From Balanoglossus misakiensis (lineage: Eukaryota; Animalia; Hemichordata), in NCBI GenBank assembly GCA_040954595.2, contig CM082582.2, forward strand, positions 930,001 through 994,000: DNA of 64,000 bases, read 5' to 3'. Shown in pieces: positions 36,321-49,900 of this stretch. A model generated the notes under the pieces. It did not search any database and was not told the DNA's origin. It saw only the letters and a list, made by a program, of their open reading frames with translations. The number at the start of each line of letters is the position of its first letter. Position 1 is the first letter of the stretch. The position numbers and the translations under genes were made by a program.

Positions 36321-38305
36321 CAGTCTTCGGACTGAGCGCGAAAAGTGGGCGTGTCCATTATCACTCATTAAGTATTCAAAAAGGCTGACTACGCTGTCGA
36401 GTGTCCGGAAAATTACGGTCGGAAACAGAAATTACAAGTCGCAGTGTCTCCAACACGAAAAAAATCCAGCGAGCTTAGCTTTTAACAAATAACTGACATT
36501 AAGTTCCTTACTCGCTGTGACAAATCCAAAAACCAACGTGATTTTTTTTACAAAAATTAACTCAGAAAAAACATCAACACTTGAATTTACCAGCCCCGCA
36601 CTGCAAATTGCATGGCGATGCCTATGGAACTGACCAAAATTTGACAGATCGTGGTTGCTAAAATGGTGCTGGTGCAATATTTCAGCATATGCAGCAAGCA
36701 GCGAAACCTGTCGATTCCCAGACGACTTTCTCTGACCAATGAACCTCAATTGAATGACGAGAAACCACAATTTCTCAATGACTTTCAGTCTGCCGACTGA
36801 TGACCCCAAAATGTTATGACCTTTTGAATACGCCAACCAGTGGGTGTCATTTAGTGCACGTGATATGCTAAATAGCGTCACTATTTCTATGGCGCCATGG
36901 TAACGTAAACAACATGCGTCAATCTCCCGCCAAGAAAGGCAAGGCTGCACGCTTTTGCTCAAAGTTTATTCGATACATCTAAGTTTGTTGTAAACAAATA
37001 TCTGAATATTTATATATAAGGTCATGTCAGTTATGAGTATATCTACCCACCCATTGATCAATGATGTTGTCATCAGGCTTGAACGTCATGAAAGGGGCGT
37101 TGATATCTCTGTGTCAGAGACTGACCCATGTGATTAGGGTACACACATGGGCTCTAGTGGGGTAATTCTGCATGTAATCGCGGTTCTTACGGAAGTCAGA
37201 GGAAGTAAATATGCGTGTTTGTTCCAGATGCGTCTCTTTTTTCGCTGTTGGAGTCTTATTTTGGCTGATTGCGGGATACATGACTGCAAGCACTTCCCTT
37301 GAAATTGGTATTAAATTCACAAAACTGTTGAAAAACGACATGGTGCATGCATCCACGCGAGGTATCTGTGTTCGATCGGTGTGATTACGAAATAACAACA
37401 TGTATCGTAAGTATTTTGGGCACTGCGGATGGTCGTACCTGATAAATTATTGATTGAAGGCCCACAAACATTCATAACCAAAATATCGACAAACTACGTT
37501 TTATGCTTCACTTCAAGGGACTGCATATTTTTTTAGAGGCTTAGCACTAGCTAAAATAGGTTCGTATGATAACAATAAAGTATCTATGACCCCAGAAATT
37601 CGAGTTTGAATAGTTTTCACTCTTTGGATGAAAAGGCACAAAAAATCAAACAAATCACTGCATTTTCACCCAAAAACAGTGTGTGCCAGGAAGACCCTGT
37701 CAGAAAGTGTGGAATTTACGGGTAAGATGTTCTGGACGAAAAAATGAGCATAAGAGGTGATGAGTGATTAAAATAAACACTCTGCATGACATTTGCGTCT
37801 GGATTTTTTTTACTACGACACGGCAAAATCACGGTATTTTGCTACAAAATCGCCAATTTAACAACACCAATTGGAGACGTCCCACAGTCTCTATTCAGTC
37901 GTTGATCATGATATACGATAGTTTCCAACAAAGTTCTAATGAAATAGAGTATATACCACGTTTTTTCTCGTCCATTGAAGCTTTGGATGAAAAGGCACAA
38001 AAAATCAAAGTTGGTATATGCCTCTGAAGGCTAAAATAGAAGGGGTCAAAGGTAACTCTTTTATTTTTATTTTTCGCAAATCTACCGAATTCATCTCTTT
38101 GATTCTCTTATTGCTTTACTTCAATAATTTTCACAAAGATAACGAAATCTGTCAAGTACTCTCAAAACATGGAAAAAAATTGGATTGAAATCTCTCCATG
38201 TACGCTGGGTTCTTGGCCGCCATAACAGAGGTCAATGAGTGCTGAAATTTCCCAGCATGCTTTGCGGTGTTTTGATAATGGGAATCGCGCTCAGTCCGAT
38301 GACTG
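36321..38305. mobile_element. 1985-bp non-autonomous DNA transposon with 21-bp TIRs and a 3-bp TSD (superfamily uncertain: CMC- or Academ-like)
   Basis: CAGTCTTCGGACTGAGCGCGA / TCGCGCTCAGTCCGATGACTG; TSD ATC at 36318-36320 and 38306-38308. Removing it restores the satellite motif CAAATCTGAG. Confidence 0.85.
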
Positions 38306-38655
38306 ATCTGAGTTAAATTCTCTTTAAAAACCATTTCCACTAATTAGCAATAACAAGTCCCAGTACAATGACATGCATACAGTTATGCATTAATATAGAC
38401 AGACAGACATACACACACATATACAAAGATCAATACACACAGTATTCGCGGACACAGCATTTACCCTCTGAAGAACCAAATAAGGCTTCAGACCCGACCC
38501 TGTATGACCCGACATTTTCTTATTAACATTGCAATGAACTCAGCCAAATCTGAATAAAATTTCACTTCAAAATCATTCCCACCAGTTAACAATATCAAGT
38601 CCAAGTACAGTGACAGGCATACATGTATGAATTTGCACAGATATAAACAAATACA

Positions 38656-39973
38656 CAGTGTTCACGCTAGGATTTTTTCTTTTCTAGCCACACTCCTGGT
38701 GTGTGGCTAATTTACTCAAGAAACTTTTAGCCACAGCCAAAATTTATTAGCCACACAAATCAAGTTGAATATTGAATATAACATGCTTGTCATTCATCAC
38801 TCGCCAACATTCGACTTCTACCCACACCGGAAATCGGGCGCTCTGCTACGTACTCGACAGCGTTAGGGTTAATGTAGTAGTTGGCTGTAACGTTTCATTT
38901 TTTTTCAAGTTTTTTTTCTTTTGTGTATCTACTACTGTAGTTTCTAACTATTAATGTAGTAGTTGGCTGTAACGTTTTATTTTTTTTTCAAGTTTGTTTC
39001 TTTTGTGTATCTACTACTGTAGTTTCTTGTTCAAATTATTGAATGAAGTACATGTTCCCAGTATTTAGCTAATCATCACAGGCTGTATGTATTATAGTCA
39101 GTATTGTTTATAATGTGGAAAATTTGAATTCAAGTTTGGACTAGAATTCATTTGTCAACAATAACAATGGTCATTCAGGGTTTTCGCTAAGCGCCGGCCA
39201 CCGGCCAATTGGCCGGGTACTTGCACTGAACTGGCCGTCTACTTTTCCTTAACCCATTAGGGTTATTTTTATTTGTATACTCTTTCACGCTCATAAATAA
39301 GGGTTCGTACGCTCCTGGAAACTCCTGGAATTTGAAACCCCTCCTGGAAACTCCTGAAATCTCCTAGAAATTCAAAATTTCTCCTTGAAACTCCTGGAAA
39401 ATCGCGAGTCACGATCGCATTTCACCGGATCGTGAAACAGTACGCGTTGCCCATTTCACTCGGCGCACCAGTTATCTTTAGACAGGCGTCCTATAAATAG
39501 TATCATTGACGTAGTAACGCACAAATTGCAACAACTAACGCATCTCAGCGTTCCGGTCGCAACAAAATATCTAAAACTTGACAAAAGATGTAGCAACTTT
39601 TGTTAGAGGTCATGCCATGTCTACAGACGGCCGCGGCAGACACCCGTGAGATCGATGTTCAGGGCAATTAGTGCCGATAGCTCATCACTATTCAAACATG
39701 TGTAAATCAATGACCCGCATACAAACACATGCTTCAGAACTCAATTGTCTAGTGAATTGGTCAATGCAGGGATACCCCCTCTTGCACATACAGTGCGCCC
39801 TCTAGGGAACATCACCCTATTTCTATTGTTTCTAACGCTATCTTGAAACGATCGCCTATTTTACAGGGGGAAATGTTTAATCGCCACCGTGGCGAATCGT
39901 TTTGTGAAAATTTTCGCCACATCCAAGTTTTTATCGCATTTTGCGAGTGTGGCGAGCGTTAGCGTGAACACTG
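38656..39973. mobile_element. hAT-type MITE with a 5-bp TSD (hAT5-like), containing further truncated hAT-like ends
   Basis: TIRs CAGTGTTCACGCTA / TAGCGTGAACACTG; TSD ATACA at 38651-38655 and 39974-39978. Internal CAGGGGTTTTCGCTAAG (~39176) and AGGGTTCGTACGCTCCTGGAAACTCCTGGAA (~39300) ends, plus an 82-bp duplication at ~38870-39027. Confidence 0.8.
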
Positions 39974-40319
39974 ATACACGGACACCCCGACATCCACTGT
40001 GTACAACCAAAAGGCTTCAGACCTGACCCTGTATGACCTGAAATTTTCCCATTCACGTTGGATGTACTCAGCCAAACCTGAATGAAATTTCCTTACAAAA
40101 CCATTCCCACTAGTTACCAATATAAAGTCCCAGTACAATGACAAGCATGCATGCATGCATGCATACATACCTTCACACAGATAGACAAACAGATACACAC
40201 ACACTAAAGTATTCACAGATACCCTTGAATCCTGGCCTCTGTATAACGTTACATTCTGGCATTTTCGTTGCAATGTGCTCAGACAAATCTGAGATAAATT
40301 TTCTTTACAAACCATTTCC

Positions 40320-42030
40320 ACTAATTAGCAATACAAAGTCCAAGTACAATGATAGGCATACATGTATGAATTTGCACAGACATACACAAATACATGCACA
40401 CCCCAACATCCACTGTGTACAACCAAATAGGGCTTCAGACCTGACCTTGTATGAACCGACATTTTGTCATTTACATTGCAATGTACTGAGACAAATGTGA
40501 ATGGAATTTCCTTACAAAACAATTTCCACCAGTTAGCAACATCAAGTCCAAGTACAATGATAGGCATACATGTATGAATTTGCATAGACATGAACAAATA
40601 CATGGACACCCCAACATCCACTGTGTACAACAAAATCAGGCTTCAGACCTGACCCTGTATGACCCGACATTTTCTCATTTACGTTGCAACGTACTCAGAC
40701 AAATGTGAATGAACTATCCTTACAAAATCACTTCCAGCAGTTAGCAATATCAAGTCCAAGTACAATGATAGGCATACATGTATGAATTTGCACAGACATA
40801 CACAAATACATGCACACCCCAACATCCACTGTGTACAACCAAATAGGGCTTCAGACCTGACCTTGTATGACCCGACATTTTCTCATTTACGTTGCAACGT
40901 ACTCAGACAAATGTGAATGGAATTTCCTTACAAAACAATTTCCACCAGTTAGCAACATCAAGTCCAAGTACAATGATAGGCATACATGTATTAATTTGCA
41001 CAGACATACACAAATACATGCACACCCCAAAATCCACTGTGTACAACCAAATCAGGCTTCAGACCTGACCCTGTATGACCCGACATTTTCTCATTTACGT
41101 TGCAACGTACTCAGACAAATGTGAATGGAATTTCCTTACAAAACAATTTCCACCAGTTAGCAACATCAAGTCCAAGTACAATGATAGGCATACATGTATG
41201 AATTTGCATAGACATGAACAAATACATGCACACCCCAACATCCACTGTGTACAACCAAATCAGGCTTCAGACCTGACCCTGTATGACCCGACATTTTCTC
41301 ATTTACGTTGCAACGTACTCAGACAAATGTGAATGGAATTTCCTTACAAAACAATTTCCACCAGTTAGCAACATCAAGTCCAAGTACAATGATAGGCTTA
41401 CATGTATGAATTTGCACAGACATACACAAATACATGCACACCCCAACATCCACTGTGTACAACCAAATCAGGCTTCAGACCTGACCCTGTATGACCCGAC
41501 ATTTTCTCATTTACGTTGCAACGTACTCAGACAAATGTGAATGGAATTTCCTTACAAAACAATTTCCACCAGTTAGCAACATCAAGTCCAAGTACAATGA
41601 TAGGCTTACATGTATGAATTTGCACAGACATACACAAATACATGCACACCCCAACATCTACTGTGTACAACCAAATAGGGCTTCAGACCTGACCCTGTAT
41701 GACCCGACATTTTGTCATTTACGTTGCAATGTACTGAGACAAATGTGAATGGAATTACCTTACAAAACAATTTCCACCAGTTAGCAACATCAAGTCCAAG
41801 TACAATGATAGGCATACATGTATGAATTTGCACAGACATGAACAAATACATGCACACCCCAACATCCACTGTGTACAACCAAATAGGGCTTCAGACCTGA
41901 CCCTGTATGACCTGACATTTTGTCATTTACGTTGCAATGTATTCAGACAAATCTGAATGAAATTTCCTCACAAAACAATTTCCACCAGTTAGCAATATCA
42001 AGTCCAAGTACAATGACAAGCATACATGTA
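40320..42030 (+). repeat. 208-bp tandem satellite, ~8 well-conserved units, with degenerate units reaching ~36180 and ~42170
   Basis: Period 208 (40867, 41075, 41283, 41491). The unit contains AAGTCCAAGTACAATGATAGGC..GGCTTCAGACCTGACCCTGTATGACCCGACATTTT. Confidence 0.96.
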
Positions 42031-42369
42031 TGCATTCATATATAGCATTCTTACAGACACACACACACAGTATTCACTCACACCGCATTTCCCTCCTGAA
42101 GAACCTGATACGGCTTGAATCCTGACCCCTGTATGACCTTACATCCTGGCATTTTCATTATGTACTCATACAAATCACAAACGATTGTTTTAGACCTGAT
42201 TTACACTTAGCAATATAATATACAAGTTCAATAACAAGGCAGGTATATCAAGAAACATACATCATACCAATGTTTTATTGAAGCCACTGTTGTAAGAAAT
42301 GGCACTATCCAATGGTCTTACATGTAACACCACATAGCACAATGATTGTTCTGCACATACAAGTCCCTT

Positions 42370-43935
42370 CCTTTCTGATGTATTCAATAAACACCATTTC
42401 TATGAACTATTACAATATGTTTTTCTTCCGTCACCCCTGAATAACAAATTCAAAGAAATGGGCTAGTGCTTTTATATATTAACAGCCGGTGCATGGCAGT
42501 GGACAATCATCCTATCTGATATTAAACCACAGTGTGACTGATAGTAGAACTAAGCAATTCCTCCACAAATGATTTATAAGGCTAATTCACATTTGACACA
42601 ATGCACACCTGAGTGTGTTAATCTATGATACTATGCACTGTTGTGCACCAACACTCACCTTGCAAACTCTTTGGTAGCCAAAATCTGTCAAGAAAATTAA
42701 AAAAACCTGTTTAATTAACTAATTAACAATACATTTATATTTAAACTAATACATGAAAATATACAATTGCCTACAAACAGGATAACAATTAACAATGAAT
42801 TCACTGCCAAGCTTGTGATATTCAGAAATTCATATCTTGATCACAGTTTCCATACAAATGGCACATACAGGTTACCACAGATTGATAACATAAATTGTCT
42901 TGCCCACAACATAGTTTCATGGCATCAAAATATGTTAACAAGTCAACTGTTCTTTTCATGCTCCTGCCAGATTTCACTGTCTATGTTTTGGCACAACTGT
43001 CATCACCAGAAAGCATACACACTAAAGGCAGTGGTCACAAAAATATTTGGCCATTTCTCCACTTGTCCCCACATTTTTACAAACAACCAAAATGTCAAAT
43101 AATCCAGCAATGTTTCTGTTTTGTACTCACACAGATCGTTCAATATTTGAAGCAAAATTCCTGTCAATTATCAAAAACAAATCGATTTAACTGATAAAAA
43201 TAACAATGATAACCCCTGGGCTTTTGATCACACAAACATACAATATTCACAGAAATAAATGCAGTATTTTGTATTTGGAAAAGCCAATCCATAAATACCA
43301 CACAGTTTATTTTTTTTTACAAATACACATCCCAGAAATAATACTTCACCAACGCTTGTACGTAACATACGCATGACACACCGATCGCCCGAATTCAACA
43401 CTTCCGGTCACGAGATTCGCTTGCCTAAACCATTTCCAGTCTAAATAATCATTTGTACATTGACTGCAAAAATAAGCTTATCTCGTAATTTTAACTTGAA
43501 TGGAACGCACTAGAAACTCTGATTTACGCAGCCTCTAATTGTTATATTTAATCCAGCAAACTCCACAATCTCAACATATATAAAATTTGCCAAAACATGC
43601 ATGCTTACGGTACCATGGATTCTTAAGCAATGTCGACATGTTACGATAGCCGCCATATTAGATTTCGCTCGAGACGAAAATACAAAACATCTTACAAAAC
43701 TGCCATCGTCTCACAAACAAACAAAATCACACTACCATTGGTTAAACAACAACTTCATAACCAACACCACCAAGTATTATAAGTTCAAACATCCGATTCT
43801 CTCATTCGAACCACATTTAAAAACGACATGTGATTGTATACGTGTTACTCACCGGATTCAGGTCAACGCCTCTGCTGGAGTCAGATTCGTTTTCGGATTC
43901 AAGTGCGTAGGATGAAGTTGCTTTCAGATTCATAC
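42370..43935 (-). promoter_or_regulatory. Putative promoter and spliced non-coding leader of the transposase transcript
   Basis: Donor CCG/GTGAGT at 43853; AG/GT-bounded micro-exons 43131-43160 and 42659-42684; YY1-like AATATGGCGG at ~43650. The 26-nt micro-exon is conserved, with its splice sites, in the copy near 6320-6345. Confidence 0.4.
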
Positions 43936-46900
43936 CCCATAGACGTGTTGGGTTAACACTCCGTTTATACAGCTTAAACACTTAAATAAAGATATGTTTA
44001 TAGCCAAACCAATACCTCTGTCAAAACTTTCACTGATTCAGATGAACATTTTCAACTATTTACAACCAATCCACACATCATTAGTGACTAATTAACCTAA
44101 TCACACAATGTGTGCATTCTAACTTTGTATTTCGCCCTCAACTACCTGCATGCCAAATTTGAAGTCAGATTGACTTCAAATTTGAAGTCAGATTGACTTC
44201 AAATTTGGCGTGCAGGTAGTCTACCTTCTGCCCATCATTTTTGTAATTGGACATTATGCTGTCAAAGTTCCTGTTTTTTGCCATAATTTTTTCCAAGTTT
44301 GCCAAGAACATTGTGATTGGTCGAAGATTATGTGGCCATATTGGATTTACGAAAAACCATAGTAAAACTCCAACAATCTTCTTCAGAACCGGCGATAACT
44401 GAGTCGCAAGATTCGGGGAGTATGGTCACTACATTGATGTCTATCAAGTTTGCAAAGAGCATTGTGATTGATCGAAAAATATGGCGGCCATATTGGATTT
44501 TGTAAAAAGCAGTGAAAAGTTGAAATTTCTTTTTCTAGTATAAAAATTGATAGCATACAAATTCTTTTTATGGATATCAATCGTCATGTGACTAAAATAT
44601 GTTACAAATTTTTGTCGATTTTTCACATGACCTTAGACCTACTTTTCACAAATTATTATTTCTGCATATCTATTTCCAGGCTAACCTATAGGGCTAGACA
44701 TTTGGTTTTTGATGCATGTGGTTTTGTGTGTGATCAAAATATTTTGCTACTTGCATGACCCCTTTGACCTCTGCTGACCTCATTAATTATGTGCATAGCT
44801 AATTACAGGCGAACCAATAGAGCTAGAGGTTTGATTTTTGTTGGACATGGACCAATATGGGGTCAAAATTTGTTGCCCAAATATTGGGTGACCTCTGGTG
44901 ACCTTTGACCTACTTTCGCATATCTCAGCATCCAGGGCAGATACAGCCTTGGCATTTAACAGGATGGGACCAAAATGTAAAGCCACATTTTTGAGTCACC
45001 TGTGACACCTGCTGACCTCATTAAATATGCACATACCTAATTACAGGCGAACCAATAGAACTAGAGTTTTGGTTTTTGTTGGACATGGAACAGTATGGGT
45101 CAAAAAATTTTGCCCAAATGTTGGGTGACCTCAGGTGACCTTTGACCTACTTTACTCTATTTCAGCAGGTAAAATACATACGTCCTTGTTATGTCATGAG
45201 ATAAAACACCCGATAGAGCATTCTGTTTCTTCTCATTCATACTGTGCATATATAATACCGGATCAGCGCTTGGGCCCGGCAATGCTGCTTGCAGCTTTAA
45301 TTCTGTCTTTCCTTCTTTAGGGCCCAAGCGCATACCAGCGCTTGGGCCCTATTGGTTTCGTTGGGGTTTTTAGGGCCCAAGCGCAAGCAAGCGCTTGGGC
45401 CCTATTGGTTTCGTTGGAATTTTTCTTTCTTTCTTTATTCTTGTGTCAATTCTTCGGCCAACGAGATCTCTGAAACTACTGCAGGTACACTTCTCAAACT
45501 TGCTACAGTGGTCAAGGTCAATGAGTAGATGTGCAGTGACTTGTGAATAATTAATTAGTCACATGACCTGGCGGCCATATTGGATTTTCTGAAAAAAATC
45601 AAATCTCAGATCTCAGAAACTACAAGTCAGATCGACTTCAAATTTGGCATGCAGGTAGACTACCTTCTACCCATCATTTTTGTAATTGGAAATTTTGCTG
45701 TCAATGTTGCAGTTTTTTTGCTACAATTTTTTTTCAGAAATCTGGCTTAAATTTCAAAAATCTTCTTCTCCAGAACCGGTGATAACCAAGACACGGGGTT
45801 TGGGGTATGTGGTCACCTAACTGATGTCTATCAAGTTTGCGAAGATCATTGTGATTGGTCGAAGATTATGGCGGCCATATTGGATTTTCGAAAAACCATA
45901 GTTAAACTCCAAAAATCTTCTTCTCCAGAACCGACGATGACTAAGTCGCAAGATTCGGGGAGTATGGTCACTACACTGATGTCTATCAAGTTTGCAAAGA
46001 GCATTGTGATTGGTCGAAGATTATGGCGGCCATATTGGATTTTGTAAAAAGCAGTGAAAAATTGAAATTCCTTTTTCTAGTCCAAAAATTGATAGCATAC
46101 AAATTCTTTTTATGGATATCAATCGTCATGTGACTAAAATATGCTACAATTTTTTGGCGATTTTTCACATGACCTTTGACCTACTTATCACGCGTTATTA
46201 TTTCTGCATATCTAACTCCAGGCTAACCTATAGGGCTAGACGTTTGGTTTTTGATGAATGTGGATTAGTGTGTGATCAAAATATTTTGCTACTTTTCATG
46301 ACCCCTTTGACCTCTGCTGACCTCATTAATTATGCGCATAGCTAATTACAGGCGAACCAATAGAGCTAGGGGTTTGGTTTTTGTTGGACATGGACCAGTA
46401 TAGGATCAAAATTTTTTGCTAAATGTTGGGTGACCTCTGGTGACCTGTGACCTACTTTCGCATATCTCAGCATCCAGAGCAGATACAACCATGGCATTTG
46501 GTAGGATGGGACCAAAATCTAAAGCCACATTTTTGGGTCACCTGTGACACCTGCTGACCTCATTAAATATGCACATACCTAATTACAGGCGAACCAATAG
46601 AGCTAGAGTTTTGGTTTTTGTTGGACATGGACCAGTATGGGTCAAAAAAATTGCCCAAATGTCGGGTGACTTCAGGTGACCTTTGACCTACTTCACCCTA
46701 TTTCAGCGGCAAAAATACACACATCCTTGTTATGTCATGAGATAATACATCCGATAGAAAATTCTGTTTCTTCTCATTCATACTGTGCATATATAATTCA
46801 AGATCAGCGCTTGGGCCCGACAATGCTGCTCGCAGCTTTAATTCTTTCTTTCTTTCTTTATTCTTCTGTCATTTCTTTGTCGCTCTAGATCTCAGACACC

Positions 46901-49900
46901 ACTGCAGGTACAGTTCTCAAACTTGCTACAGTGGTCAAGGTCAATGAGTAGTCGTGCATTGAACCAATGAATTTTTAATTAGTCACATGACCTGGCGGCC
47001 ATATTGGATTTTCTGAAAAAATGCAAATCTCAGATCTCAGAAACTACAAGTCAGATCGACTTCAAATTTGGTGTGCAGGTAGTCTACCTTCTACCCATCA
47101 TTTTTGTAATTGGATATTTTGCTGTAAATGTTGCAGTTTTTTTGCTACAATTTTTTTTCTGAACTCTGGCTTAAATTTCAAAAATCTTCTTCTCCAGAAC
47201 CGGTGATAACTGAGTCACGCGGTTTGGGGTATGTGGTCACCTAACTGATGTCTATCAAGTTTGCGAAGATCATTGTGATTGGTCGAAGATTATGGCGGCC
47301 ATATTGGATTTTCTAAAAACCATTGTAAAATTTCAAAAATCTTCTTCTCAAGAACGGGCGATAACCGAGTCACAAGATTTGGTGTGTGTGGTCATTAAAC
47401 AGATGTCTATCAAGTTTGCGAAGGGGAATGTGATTGGTCGAAGATTATGGCGGCCATATTGGATTTTGTGAAAAACGATTAAAAAGTAAAAATTCCTTTT
47501 CTAGCCTTAAAATTGATAGCACAGAAATTCTTTTTATGGATATGAATCATCATATGACAAGAATAAGCTATAAATATTTTGGTAATTTTGGCAATGACCT
47601 TTGACCTACTTTTGACGCATCATTTTTCTGCATATCTAATTCCAGGCTAACCAATAGGGCTATAAGTTTGGTTTTTGATGTATGTGGATTTGTATGTGAT
47701 AAAAAAATGTTGCTACTTTTCATGACCCCTTTGACCTCTGGTGACCTCATTAAATATGCGCATACCTAATTGATGATGAACTAATAGACCTAGACGTTTT
47801 GTTTTTGTTATACATGGACCAGTATGGGGACAAAATATTTTGCCCAAATGTTGGGTGACCTCGGGTGACCTTTGACCTACTTTTGCATATATCGACATCC
47901 ACAACAGATACAGCCTTGACGTTTGGAGGTATGGGGCCATAATGAAAAGCCAAAGTTTTGGGTCACCTGTGACGCCTGCATAACTCATTATTTATGTGCA
48001 TACCTAATTCCGAGCTAACCAAAAGGGCTAGAGGTCTGGTTTTTGTTGGACATGGACCACTATGGGTCAAAATTTTCTGCCCAAATTGTGGGTGACCTCT
48101 GGGTGACCTTTGACCTACTTAACACTATATCAACACCAAACATAGATATAACCTTGATATTTCATGGGATAAAATACAGCATTATGGTTCTACTCATTAA
48201 TTATGTGCATATCTAATAATCTGATCAGATAATAGAGCTTGGGCCCGGACAATGCTGCTTGCAGCTTTAATTCTTTCTTTCTTTCTTTATTCTTCTGTCA
48301 TTTCTTTGTCGTTCTAGATCTCAGACACCACTGCAGGTACAGTTCTCAAACTTGCTACAGTGGTCAAGGTCAATGAGTAGTCGTGCATTGAACTCATGAA
48401 TTTTTAATTAGTCACATGACCTGGCGGCCATCTTGGATTTTCTGAAAAAATGCAAATCTCAGATCTCAGAAACTACAAGTCAGATCGACTTCAAATTTGG
48501 CGTGCAAGTAGACTACCATCTGTCAAACATTTTTGTAATTGGAAATTATGCCGTCAATGTTGCAGTTTTTTTGCTACAATTTTTTTTCTGAAATCTGGCT
48601 TAAATTTTAAAAATCTTCTTCTCCAGAACCGGTGATAACCGAGACACGGGGTTTGGGGTATGTGGTCACCTAACTGATGTCTATCAAGTTTGCGAAGATC
48701 ATTGTGATTGGTCGAAGATTATGGCGGCCATATTGGATTTTCGAAAAACCCTAGTAAAATTTCAAAAATCTTCTTCTCGAGAACCGGCGATAACCGAGTC
48801 ACAAGATTTTGTGTGTGTGGTCATTCAACAGATGTCTATCAAGTTTGCGAAGAAGAATGTGATTGGTCGAAGATTATGGCGGCCATATTGGATTTTGTGA
48901 AAAACGATTAAAAAGTAAAAATTCCCTTTCTAGCCTAAAAATTGATAGCACAGAAATTCTTTTTATGGATATGAATCATCATATGACAACAATAAGCTAT
49001 AAATATTTTGGTAATTTTGGCAATGACCTTTGACCTACTTTTGACGAATCATTTTTCTGAATATCTAATTCCAGGCTAACCAATAGGGCTATAAGTTTGG
49101 TTTTTAATGTATGTGGATTTGTATGTGATCAAAAAATGTTGCTAATTTTCATGACCCCTTTGACCTCTGGTGACCTCATTAAATATGCGCATACCTAATT
49201 AATGATGAACCAATAGACCTAGAGGTTTTGTTTTTGTTATACATGGACCAGTATGGGGTCAAAATATTTTGCCCAAATGTTGGGTGACCTCGGGTGACCT
49301 TTGACCTACTTTTGCATATCTCGACATCCACAGCAGATACAGCCTTGGTGTTTGGAGGTATGGGGCCATAATGAAAAGCCAAAGTTTTGGGTCACCTGTG
49401 ACACCTGCTTAACTCATTATTTATGTGCATACCTAATTCCAGGCTAACCAAAAGGGCTAGAGGTCTGGTTTTTGTTGGACATGGACGACTATGGGTCAAA
49501 ATTTTCTGCCAAAATTGTGGGTGACCTCTGGGTGACCTTTGACCTACTTAACACTATACCAACACCAAACATAGATAATATAGCTGCAAGCAGCGATGAC
49601 GGGCACAAGCTTAAGCCGAAGGTCAAAGGTCATATGTGGTCGCCCAAAATTTGGGCAAAAAGTTTTGATCCCAATACTAGTCCAGGTCCAACAGAAACCA
49701 GACCTCTAGCCCTATTGGCTTGTCTGAAATTAGATATGCGCATAATGAATGATGTAAAGTGTAAGACTCCATTAATAGTTCGATCCATCCAAACACAAAT
49801 GCTGTACCTGTTCTGGATGCCGAGATATAGGAAAGTAGGTCAAAGGTCACCTGAGGCCACCCGAAAGTTGGGCAAAAATTTTTGACCCCATACTAGTCCA

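Larger units (their letters stand above)
21825..45302 (+). mobile_element. Putative autonomous Helentron (Helitron2), ~23.5 kb including secondary insertions; 5' head probably the one at 14328
   Basis: HINE-type left arm (21825-25100), internal Rep/Hel-APE ORF antisense to the HINE-defined orientation, 208-bp satellite, leader region, and a right arm ending GCGCTTGGGCCCGGCAATGCTGCTTGCAGCTTTAATT at 45302. No other 3' terminus was seen between 21825 and 45302. Confidence 0.65.

Noticed and set aside
36432-36962. 176-aa ORF as a transposase of the 36321-38305 element
   Set aside because: No DDE or DNA-binding motif recognised, and the start is non-ATG.
40867-41748. Four similar 85-aa ORFs
   Set aside because: Artefact of the 208-bp satellite, whose unit length is not a multiple of 3.
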